This document shows positions 19,025-27,782 of a stretch of 33,033 bases of DNA, in pieces (position 1 is the stretch's first letter; every line of letters starts with the position of its first letter). Origin of the DNA: Verrucomicrobiota bacterium (GTDB lineage Bacteria; Verrucomicrobiota; Verrucomicrobiia; Chthoniobacterales; UBA10450); the NCBI GenBank assembly GCA_003219335.1, contig QHOF01000001.1, forward strand, positions 1,499 to 34,531. The letters run 5' to 3'. Position numbers and translations under genes: made by a program. The notes under the pieces were generated by a model. The model saw nothing but the letters and a program-made list of their open reading frames with translations. It searched no databases and was not told the DNA's origin.

Positions 19025-19360
19025 TTAAGATTTGCACAGTCACAGGCGTTGAATCGGCGGCGCGACCGTTTAGCAGCAATCCAACGTATGTTGCGTCGCT
19101 GTTTATTCGAGTGTGAGAACGGGTCGGAGGCGAATCTTAAAGTTGCGGGATTAGATTCAAACGTCGCTCGGTCGGGGAAGACGAAATCAGGTCACTATAA
19201 AAATGGGGATGCGATCTCTGTTGAGCCGTGGCGGTCCAACGCGTTTCCAATGGTTCGGGATTTGATGTGAACCGCAGCGCGTTGGATAGGATTATCCAGG
19301 CTGCATCTCTGTTTCTGCCGGCAGCGCCCCCGGTTACCGGCCAGCATTTGATATCCTAAC

Positions 19361-21763
19361 GTGAATTCACTTGAAAACTCGGTCGCATTTGGCGCCCCCG
19401 GAATCGAACCCCGCTGGACGTCCAGCGCTAAAAACGGCCTCGGCACTGCCTATCATACGAGTTGCCGGCTGTGGTTCACGCTCAGCCATGGCATTGTCAA
19501 CGAAATCTACTATCCCTCCGTCGACGCACCGAACACGCGCGATTTTCAATTTCTTATCAGCGACGGAGAAACGTTTTGCCACGAGGAAAAACGCGACCTG
19601 GATCACCGGATCGAATACCCGGAAAAGGATTGTGTTTTTTACCGCCTCACCAATTCGGAACGCGACGGACGCTACCGTCTCGTAAAACACGTCCTTACAG
19701 ATCCACACCGGTCAGTGCTGCTCATGCACACTAAAGTTGAAGTGCTCGACGAGGAATTGCGCGGCAAGTTGCGCCTCTACGCGCTGCTGGCGCCGCACAT
19801 TGCGCGTCATGGCGCGGGTAACTCCGGCTGGTGTGCCGAAATCAGCGGCAACAAAGTGCTTCATGCCGAGCGCAAGGATGTTCATCTAATCATTGGATGC
19901 AGCGGAGGTTTTTCGCGACGATCCGTTGGCTTTGTCGGTGCTAGCGATGGGTGGCAGGATCTGATGAATAATTTCAAAATGGACTGGGAATTCCATGCCG
20001 CGGAGAATGGCAACATCGCGCTGACTGGGGAAATCGATCTTCAGGGCGGCGATGAGTTTACAATCGCAATTGCTCTGGGAGAAAGTTATCAGAGCACAGT
20101 GGCCGAATTGCTGCAATCGCTGGCGCAGCCGTTTGATGTTCACCGCGAAGCCTATGTTCGCCAGTGGCAGCGCACGGTTGTCAATCCAAAGTATGATTTC
20201 AGCGACCAGACGTCGGACGGCGGTCAGATCTATCGCCTGAGCCGCTGCATCCTGCTCGCCCATGAAGATAAATCGTTTCAAGGCGCGCTGGTTGCGTCGA
20301 TGAGCATCCCGTGGGGTGAGACACGAAATGACGATGATCTGGGCGGATATCATCTTGTCTGGACACGCGACCTGGCGCAGAGCGCGACCGCACTCCTGGC
20401 AACAGGCCAGACCGGAACCCCGTTGCGCGCTTTGATCTGGCTCGCGGCCATCCAGGGAACGGACGGCAGGTTTCCCCAAAATAGCTGGATCAATGGGAAC
20501 GCGTATTGGTCCGGTGTGCAACTCGATGAAATTGCCGCCCCAATCCTGCTTGCGTGGCGTTTGCGCAGCGAAGGCGTCCCGCTAGGGTTGTTCGATCCGT
20601 GCGTCATGATTTTCCGCGCAGCAGCATATCTCATCCGGCAGGGGCCGGTAACCGCACAAGAACGCTGGGAGGAAAACGCCGGCTATTCACCCTCGACGCT
20701 CGCTACAATGATTGCCAGTCTCGTGTGTGCCGCGGAGTTCGCCAGACAGCGCGATGAAACGAGTACGGCGGATTTCATTCTGGAGTATGCTGACTGGTTG
20801 GCGGCGCACGTTGAAGAATGGACCGTCACTACATGCGGTCAATCGGTCGAAGGTTTTCCGCGTCACTACATTCGCATCAATCCCACTGATCCAGAGTCAC
20901 CCGATCCGCACGCCGATCCGAACACAACGATGCTCGCGGTGGCCAACGGCGGCGGCCTCCATCCGGCAAGGAACGTTGTCGGCGGTGATTTTCTTCACTT
21001 GGTGCGGCTGGGCATTCGTGCTGCGAACCATCCCATCGTCCGTGATTCGATCGAAGTCATCGATCGCATACTCAAGCGCGACTTGCCGCAAGGTCCGTGC
21101 TGGCGCCGCTACAATCATGATGGTTATGGGCAGAAGGAGGACGGCAGCGCTTTCGATGGCAGGGGCGTGGGCCGCTCCTGGCCGATTTTGACGGGGGAAC
21201 GCGGCCATTACGAGATTGCTGCCGGACGCGATCCAATGCCGTTCATTTCCGCGATGGAAAAGTTTGCCAACGAAGGTGGCATGATCAGCGAGCAGTTGTG
21301 GGACGCCGAAGATCTGCCGGAGAGAAATATGAGGCGCGGTCGGCCAACGGGTGCGGCCATGCCGTTGTGTTGGTCGCATGCCGAATATGTCTCACTCGTG
21401 CGTAGTGCTCACGACGGCATCTCTTTTGACCGGGTCGAACCGGCATTCCAGCGTTATGTCATCAAGCCGGTGCATAGCCGGCATGAGATCTGGAGCTTCC
21501 GCTACCAGCTTCGCCGACTGTCCCATGGAAGAACCTTGCGCCTCATCGTTGCGGCAGACGCGACTATTGTCTGGTCAGCCAATGATTGGGCGAGCACCAA
21601 CAGGGCGGATGCCATTAATAACAGCGTCCTGAATTTATGGTTCGCAGATCTTCCAACGGAGAACTGTCCTGCCGATTTGGTGATCGAGTTTACATTTTTC
21701 TGGAAAGAAGCTCAGCGCTGGGAAGGCAGGAATTATAGAGTCGCTGTAAGCGAACCAAAGTAA
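19361..21763 (+). CDS. Glucoamylase / glucan 1,4-alpha-glucosidase (GH15 with glucodextranase-type N-terminal domain)
   Basis: AFGAPGIEPRWTSSAK, GYHLVWTRDL, QLDE, QERWEE, RRYNHDGYG, SEQLWD, AMPLCWSHAEY. Confidence 0.93.
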   Translation: MNSLENSVAFGAPGIEPRWTSSAKNGLGTAYHTSCRLWFTLSHGIVNEIYYPSVDAPNTRDFQFLISDGETFCHEEKRDLDHRIEYPEKDCVFYRLTNSERDGRYRLVKHVLTDPHRSVLLMHTKVEVLDEELRGKLRLYALLAPHIARHGAGNSGWCAEISGNKVLHAERKDVHLIIGCSGGFSRRSVGFVGASDGWQDLMNNFKMDWEFHAAENGNIALTGEIDLQGGDEFTIAIALGESYQSTVAELLQSLAQPFDVHREAYVRQWQRTVVNPKYDFSDQTSDGGQIYRLSRCILLAHEDKSFQGALVASMSIPWGETRNDDDLGGYHLVWTRDLAQSATALLATGQTGTPLRALIWLAAIQGTDGRFPQNSWINGNAYWSGVQLDEIAAPILLAWRLRSEGVPLGLFDPCVMIFRAAAYLIRQGPVTAQERWEENAGYSPSTLATMIASLVCAAEFARQRDETSTADFILEYADWLAAHVEEWTVTTCGQSVEGFPRHYIRINPTDPESPDPHADPNTTMLAVANGGGLHPARNVVGGDFLHLVRLGIRAANHPIVRDSIEVIDRILKRDLPQGPCWRRYNHDGYGQKEDGSAFDGRGVGRSWPILTGERGHYEIAAGRDPMPFISAMEKFANEGGMISEQLWDAEDLPERNMRRGRPTGAAMPLCWSHAEYVSLVRSAHDGISFDRVEPAFQRYVIKPVHSRHEIWSFRYQLRRLSHGRTLRLIVAADATIVWSANDWASTNRADAINNSVLNLWFADLPTENCPADLVIEFTFFWKEAQRWEGRNYRVAVSEPK

Positions 21764-21837
21764 TGATGCGTCTGTGATGCGGAAAAGTATTAAAAAATGA
21801 GCGTGCCTCGAATCAATAGTAAGAGAGCTGCTCTCGG

Positions 21838-22449
21838 ATGAAAAGAATGCCAAGGCGTGAACCTTCGCTGATCGTACTGACGATTGGGCATTCCACACGC
21901 ACGGTCGAGGAATTCATTGGCCTGCTTCAGGCGCACGGCGTATCTCGCGTAATAGATGTGCGGACGGTGCCGTGCTCCCGGCACAACCCTCAATTCAATA
22001 AGACTTCGCTGCCAGGCTCGTTGAAGAAAGCCGGATTGAGCTACGTTCACCTGCCGGGACTCGGCGGGCTGCGTCATGCTCAGCGCGATTCGGTCAACCT
22101 GGGCTGGCACAATGCTTCCTTTCGAGGTTATGCGGATTATATGCAGACGCCGGAGTTTGAGAAGAACCTCGAGGAATTAGTTCAATTGGCGAAGCAAGAC
22201 CGGATCGCATTGATGTGCGCTGAAGCGGTGCCTTGGCGCTGTCATCGCTCGCTCATCGCAGATGCTTTGTTAGTTCGTGGGATTCGCACCGAAGACATCA
22301 TGAGCCCAACTCGCCGCCAGGTTCATACTCTGACTCCCTTCGCCAAAGTCCGGGGCACCACGATCACATATCCGACCGAGGCATCACGGAGCACTGCAAA
22401 GAAGCCGTCGGCCAAACGTTCCCGGTCGCAGCCCGTCGAGAAAACCTGA
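21838..22449 (+). CDS. DUF488 family protein
   Basis: TIGHSTR, DVRTVP, LGGLR, FRGYADYM, MCAEAVPWRCHRSLIADAL. Confidence 0.9.
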   Translation: MKRMPRREPSLIVLTIGHSTRTVEEFIGLLQAHGVSRVIDVRTVPCSRHNPQFNKTSLPGSLKKAGLSYVHLPGLGGLRHAQRDSVNLGWHNASFRGYADYMQTPEFEKNLEELVQLAKQDRIALMCAEAVPWRCHRSLIADALLVRGIRTEDIMSPTRRQVHTLTPFAKVRGTTITYPTEASRSTAKKPSAKRSRSQPVEKT

Positions 22450-22619
22450 AACGATCTCCACCCCATAACTCACGACGCCGATTGGATAGGTTATCCTGTT
22501 AGACGCCAAATGCAGGGTCAATAAGACTTCGGCATCGGAGAGAATTCCCGTGAGAAGTGGCCTGATGAATGAACAGAATAAACGGAAGCACATCATCGGG
22601 CAGCTTGCGGAATTGCGCT

Positions 22620-22851
22620 CCAGCAACGATAAGCTGATCCAGATCGCGCGAAGTATCGTTGTCTATGGAGCACAGATAAGGTGCCTAAGATCACGCGTCG
22701 ATTCTTCAGCTCGTGTCTCTGGCGCGCTGATTGTGACGAGCTCGGCGAGTACCTGGAGCGAGAAGTCGGGAAGAAGTCCTCTTTCAAGCATCGACCGACG
22801 AGCAAGTTTTTTTAAGATAGAGCGGTGTTGTCTGTCGTTTTTATCCGTCAT
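22620..22851 (-). pseudogene. RNB-domain exoribonuclease (RNase II/R-like) N-terminal remnant
   Basis: ...ARRSMLERGLLPDFS...RDLRHL, 1-nt frameshift near 22673, then CSIDNDTSRDLDQL (catalytic IDxxxxxDLDD-like motif). Similarity ends shortly after. Confidence 0.75.
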
Positions 22852-22888
22852 GCCGTCACTGATAAAGGATCTGCCCTGTTCAGTACCT

Positions 22889-25411
22889 TCAAAATTTCAC
22901 CTTTTTGTAAAAAACCGTCTTCACCATTTCCGCTGCGATAATGTAAAGCATGACAATTACCACTATGAGCAAAAGGAACGAAATCGGCAGCCGGCTAAAT
23001 CCAAAAATCTCACCAAGCGGCGTGAAGGGCACAACCACCGTCACGATAACAGTCAATAGAGTCGCCATTAAGAGATACTTCGAGGGTCTACTCTTGAAGG
23101 AAGGTTTCCGACTTCGAATAACAAGCACAATCAAGGACGCTGAAATAACCGACTCCAGAAACCAGCCGGTTCTGAACTGATCCTGGGTCGCATGAAGCAT
23201 GATCAAAAGTGCGGCGAAGGTGAGGTAGTCAAACACCGAACTCAGCAGGCCGAAGGTTATCATAAACTTGCGAATGGCCTTGATGTCCCAGCGCCGCGGA
23301 TGGTCAACCATTTCGCTATCCACCCGGTCGGTGGCGATGGTCATCTCGGGAAAATCGGTCATCAGGTTGGTGAGCAAGATCTGCTTGGGCAGCAATGGGA
23401 GAAACGGCAGGTAGAGCGATACTCCGGCCATGCTGAACATGTTGCCGAAATTGGCGCTGGTGGCCATGAAGACATACTTGAGCGTGTTCGCGAAGGTCGT
23501 CCGTCCTTCACGCACGCCCTGCACAAGGACACCCAGATCCTTTTCGAGTAAGACGATATCAGCCGCCTCTTTGGCAACATCGACGGCGCTCTCAACGGAA
23601 ATACCAACATCGGCGGCATGGAGCGTCGAGGCATCATTGATGCCGTCTCCCATATAACCGACGACGTTTCCAGCCGTCTTGAGGGCGAGGATGATGCGCT
23701 CTTTCTGGTTGGGCTCGATTTCGGCGAAGACGTCCACGTCAACCAGATGTTTGAGCAGCGCGCCATCGCTTAGCCGGCGAAGGTCCGGCCCTGTGAGGAT
23801 TTTTGTACTCGATAATCCCATCTGTTGACTGACATTGGCCGCGACCAGGTGATTGTCTCCGGTGATGATCTTCAGTGCAACGCCGAGGTTTTTCAGGCTG
23901 GCAATGGTCTCGATGATCTTGGGCTTGGGCGGATCAAAAAGAACAAGGAATCCCAAAAACGTCATGCCGGCCTCGTCGACTTTGCTCATCAGTGATGCAG
24001 ATCCCATATTTTTATATGCGACGCCGAGGGTGCGAAAGCCCTTATTACTGAACTCCTCGAAGTGCTGCTGGATTTGGACCTGCACCACGGCGATATCGAC
24101 GAGGGTTCCCGCTCCAGTTTCCGCCGCTGAACAGACGGCAAGCACATTTTGCAGCGCGCCTTTGGTCACCATCAGATGGGTATCATCATGAGCAACCAGA
24201 ACGCTCAATCGCCTCCGAAGAAAATCATACGGGATTTCGTCCGCCTTCCGGTAGCCGGACAGGTCAAACTGGCACTGGGCGCGGATAGCTGCATCGATGG
24301 GGTTTGTAAAGCCGGTCTCGTAAAACGCATTGAGATACGCATGAAGAAGCACTTTATCGCTTGAAGCACCTGTCACATCAAGGGCGGATTGTAAGCGCAC
24401 GCTGCCTTCGGTCAGGGTGCCGGTCTTATCGGAGCAGATCACGTTCATGCTGCCGAAGTTTTCAATCGAAGCGAGCCGTTTGACGATCACTCTTGCTTGC
24501 GCCATCCGTTTGGCGCCGTGGGCAAGATTGATGCTGATGATTGCCGGCAACAGTTGCGGAGTGAGGCCAACCGCGAGTGCCAGGGAAAAGAGGAAGGAGT
24601 CCAGAATCGGACGCGCCAAGTAGACGTTGATAGCGAAGATAGCCATCACCAGCACGAGCGTCACTTCCATGAGGAAATAACCGAATCGCCGTATGCCACG
24701 TTCAAAGTCCGTTTCCTGCGGCCGGAGTCTTAACCGCTCGGAGACCTTGCCGAACTCGGTTTGCTTGCCTGTGGTTATGACCAGCGCCTTAGCGCTGCCG
24801 CTAACCACATGAGTTCCCATCCATAGCGCATTTGTCCGCTGGCCAAGCGGTGTCTCCGGCGCAAGCACCCCAACGGATTTCTCTACAGGGTAGGTTTCAC
24901 CCGTCAGGGTTGCTTCATCGACAAAGAGATCTTTAGATTCATCAACCAGACAGTCACCCGGGACGATATCTCCGGCGTTTAGAATGACGATATCTCCGGG
25001 CACAATCTCTTCGACGGGAATTTCATAAGGCCTTCCATCACGAAGCACGGTAGCCTTAATTTGCACCATGGCCAGCAGTTGCTCCACGGCGTTGGTTGCG
25101 CTGTGCTCTTGCCAAAACCCGAGAAGGCCGCTTACGAGGACAATTGTGAGAATGATGAGAGCGTTAACAGGATCGTGTAAAAAAAATGACAATCCAGTGG
25201 CAAACAAAAGAAGGAGGATGAGCGGGCTCTTGAATTGAGCCAACAGGAGCGTGAGCACATCCGACCGCTTTTGGGGCTCCAGGAGATTAGAGCCATAGCG
25301 GGCGAGCCGCTGCCTGGCTTCCTCACTGCTCAATCCTTCCGTTGCCGTTTCAAGGCGCTGGAGTATCTCGATCGCAGAGACGCACCAGAAGGCCGAAAGG
25401 AGTTGGTTCAT
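22889..25411 (-). CDS. mgtA: Magnesium-translocating P-type ATPase
   Basis: TGET, LAVGLTPQLLP, CSDKTGTLT, TGDN, GDGIND and SANFGNMFS motifs. Start set at ATG 25411 because the track start overlaps the upstream gene. Confidence 0.92.
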   Translation of the reverse strand: MNQLLSAFWCVSAIEILQRLETATEGLSSEEARQRLARYGSNLLEPQKRSDVLTLLLAQFKSPLILLLLFATGLSFFLHDPVNALIILTIVLVSGLLGFWQEHSATNAVEQLLAMVQIKATVLRDGRPYEIPVEEIVPGDIVILNAGDIVPGDCLVDESKDLFVDEATLTGETYPVEKSVGVLAPETPLGQRTNALWMGTHVVSGSAKALVITTGKQTEFGKVSERLRLRPQETDFERGIRRFGYFLMEVTLVLVMAIFAINVYLARPILDSFLFSLALAVGLTPQLLPAIISINLAHGAKRMAQARVIVKRLASIENFGSMNVICSDKTGTLTEGSVRLQSALDVTGASSDKVLLHAYLNAFYETGFTNPIDAAIRAQCQFDLSGYRKADEIPYDFLRRRLSVLVAHDDTHLMVTKGALQNVLAVCSAAETGAGTLVDIAVVQVQIQQHFEEFSNKGFRTLGVAYKNMGSASLMSKVDEAGMTFLGFLVLFDPPKPKIIETIASLKNLGVALKIITGDNHLVAANVSQQMGLSSTKILTGPDLRRLSDGALLKHLVDVDVFAEIEPNQKERIILALKTAGNVVGYMGDGINDASTLHAADVGISVESAVDVAKEAADIVLLEKDLGVLVQGVREGRTTFANTLKYVFMATSANFGNMFSMAGVSLYLPFLPLLPKQILLTNLMTDFPEMTIATDRVDSEMVDHPRRWDIKAIRKFMITFGLLSSVFDYLTFAALLIMLHATQDQFRTGWFLESVISASLIVLVIRSRKPSFKSRPSKYLLMATLLTVIVTVVVPFTPLGEIFGFSRLPISFLLLIVVIVMLYIIAAEMVKTVFYKKVKF

Positions 25412-25433
25412 ACCGATTGTTGAACTTACAACC

Positions 25434-25820
25434 TTATTTTCGAAAGTGTTGTCGAACTTTTGCCGCAATCTGGCGATCGGTCATCTTGTCGACTGTTTCA
25501 ATGCCGACGATGCGCTCACCAAGTCCCTTATTCGCAAGTCGTTTTTGGAGCTCGCCCTTTGCCTCGCCAGGACCAAAGATCAAAATAGATTCTGAATCGC
25601 GAAGATGCGAGGTTACCTCGTCATAGTATCTGTTAAGATGGCTGGTAAATTGTCTGTCTCGCTGGTCGTCTGCCTTGCCTTCTTCTGCTCTAGAACCGCC
25701 AGAAAATCGGACATGCTTCTCCATGCCTGATTCTATTCGCCTCGTTTCTTCTCCGTCGTCTTCGATAAACACGATAAACGTCTCGCTGTGGTCAATCCAC
25801 AAACCCGCTTGTCTTTTCAT
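25434..25820 (-). CDS. Conserved protein, eRF1/host-attachment-like fold
   Basis: MKRQAGLWIDH...ILIFGPGEAKGEL...ETVDKMTDRQIAAKVRQHF; RBS GGAGG. Confidence 0.75.
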   Translation of the reverse strand: MKRQAGLWIDHSETFIVFIEDDGEETRRIESGMEKHVRFSGGSRAEEGKADDQRDRQFTSHLNRYYDEVTSHLRDSESILIFGPGEAKGELQKRLANKGLGERIVGIETVDKMTDRQIAAKVRQHFRK

Positions 25821-26018
25821 AGATCCCTCCTTTGCCTACGCAATCCGCCTGATATCTTTCAGGGGAGCATCGCGCCGTGCTTGGGCCCGCCGTGGGCTGG
25901 CTCTGAAGGCCGTTCCGCATCAGTGACTCCCTCAAAGCATCACACGCTTGCAACCGCAAGCCTTATTGGTTAGCAGTGGTTGCCATTTCTTGAGCAGGCG
26001 CTGGACTCTCCTGTGCCG

Positions 26019-26921
26019 TCACGGCATTTCAAATTGAAACGCCTCCGGTCTGATGGTGAGGACAGGGCAGGATGCCGTACGCACCACCTTTTCGGCCACG
26101 CTGCCTAAGAGCACATGGGGCAAACCGCTTCTACCGTGCGTGCCTATCACGATTATATCCGCTTGCACGTGCTTCGCTTGATGCACAATCGCGGTGGCCG
26201 TTTGACCTTCTTCAGTGCATTTTTCCCAGGCGACTTTCTCTAAGGGCAAACCGGAGAGGAAAGCTTCCCACTCGGGTTCAATCTCTTCTGGGGAAGGCGT
26301 TGAAATCGGCACGCTTACGCCCAGATCATGCGCATATGCGATAGTATATGAATGATAAGAGTCCAGAACATGAAAGAAAACGATCCGGGCAGAAAAGTTC
26401 TTCGCTAGCATGAGCGCCTCCTCGGCGGCTTTTCTGGCACAAGAGGAGAAATCCGTGGGGACCAAAAATGTTTTGGCTTCGGAACTCAGGGACTTTTTCG
26501 TAACCATTACGGGTACCATGGCCTTGCGTAGGATCCGCTCGCTTGTACTGCCGAGAAAGGGCCCTTCCGTCCGGGACGCGCCACCGACTACTATCAGATC
26601 CGCCAGCCAGGCCCTTCCGGCAATGATGAGTTCAACAAATGGTTTGCCCATGCGCACCTCGTATTCCACTTGCAGGCGGGCGAGCGCCGGGCTTACCGCT
26701 AACGCCCGCAGTCTTGCTCCGGTTTTCTGTGCGATCTCCTCTAGAGTGAAAGGCGAAGTGAGCGGATGCGAGATCCTCTGATAGGCATCGAGCGGTTCTA
26801 CCACGTGAACCAGTCGCAGTGCAGCACCACATCGATTGGCAAGCGCCACTGCGGATCCTAGCGCTACCTCTCCGCCGACTCCCAGATCATGACCAACAAT
26901 AATCCTTTTTAGCTGTCTCAT
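26019..26921 (-). CDS. Tandem-domain universal stress protein
   Basis: IIVGHDL...GKPFVELI...LGSTSERILR; LVPTDFS...IGTHGRSG...LGSVAEKVVRTASCPVLTI. Confidence 0.93.
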   Translation of the reverse strand: MRQLKRIIVGHDLGVGGEVALGSAVALANRCGAALRLVHVVEPLDAYQRISHPLTSPFTLEEIAQKTGARLRALAVSPALARLQVEYEVRMGKPFVELIIAGRAWLADLIVVGGASRTEGPFLGSTSERILRKAMVPVMVTKKSLSSEAKTFLVPTDFSSCARKAAEEALMLAKNFSARIVFFHVLDSYHSYTIAYAHDLGVSVPISTPSPEEIEPEWEAFLSGLPLEKVAWEKCTEEGQTATAIVHQAKHVQADIIVIGTHGRSGLPHVLLGSVAEKVVRTASCPVLTIRPEAFQFEMP

Positions 26922-27074
26922 ACGGGGTCCCCCTTTTTAACCGATTTCTTTTCTGACGAGTGAATGTTTTCCTCCAAGAGGAGACTTGGTTACTTGCCGC
27001 AAAGCTAAGGATAGTGATAGTTTACCCATTGTCCAAGAAGATGCTCCTTCGATCATTACAAAAGAATCAGCATG

Positions 27075-27167
27075 CTGCAGTTGGTTCACGACGCGCTTTA
27101 CTCCATTTACGTTGCGGCCATCGGCTGCAGTAGTGGTCTTTGCATCCTGAAAAAGGACAATTCCATA
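27075..27167 (-). pseudogene. BON-domain (OsmY-like) fragment
   Basis: YGIVLFQDAKTTTAADGRNVNGVKRVVNQLQ matches the BON C-terminal pattern 'G.V....K..A...AR.V.GVK.V.N.L'. Confidence 0.55.
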
Positions 27168-27249
27168 CTATGCCCCAGAAGATATGTCTCCTCCGCGTTC
27201 ACGCGATGAGGCTTTCGCGCCATGACCCATCTCTTTTGCGACGTATTCA

Positions 27250-27522
27250 GTTTCGCCAGAGCGCGTTTGATCTCTAGAACCCTTAGCAGTCCCGTTTGAG
27301 TGATCATGCCCATCATCTGATCCCCGCGCATGACCAAAAGGCGAGTTACGTTCTCTTGTGACATCTTCTTTAAGGCTTCGATCAGAGAAACCAGACATAG
27401 TTCATGTGAGGCGCGCGCGTCACTCTCCGGCCATAACAAGGGCAGGCCGACACGGTGGTGGAGCAGGTGATGACGCCGATTAACGCAGCGATGACCATTC
27501 TCCCGGAAACCTCTTTGATCGA
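27250..27522. pseudogene. CBS-domain remnant split into two oppositely oriented halves
   Basis: Plus strand 27455-27523 reads VEQVMTPINAAMTILPETSLIE. Minus strand 27388->27250 reads SLIEALKKMSQENVTRLLVMRGDQMMGMITQTGLLRVLEIKRAL. Confidence 0.7.
27378..27522. repeat. 11-bp imperfect inverted repeat flanking an apparently inverted segment
   Basis: TCGATCAGAGA (27378-27388) and TCTTTGATCGA (27512-27522): 10/11 reverse-complement match. Confidence 0.7.
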
Positions 27523-27782
27523 GCAGCGCAGGACGCGCGCCGTTAGTGCAAAGTCCAGGAAAGGTGAAGAGGTCCTTCCGGCTCTTCAGCTTCAACGAAT
27601 AAATGGGCCAACTTGGCTCGGTGGGCATAGCTGCTCCTCCCTTTTATGACCCGGAACCTGGCCGATCGCGTGGATGACAAAGGCGCTTGGACGCGCGCGA
27701 TCGAAGCTCTCGTGGTGCTGCTGTTCTCGCTCGAGCACGAATCCGAATCCGGCACAAACACTGATTGAGTGCAGGTAATAGC

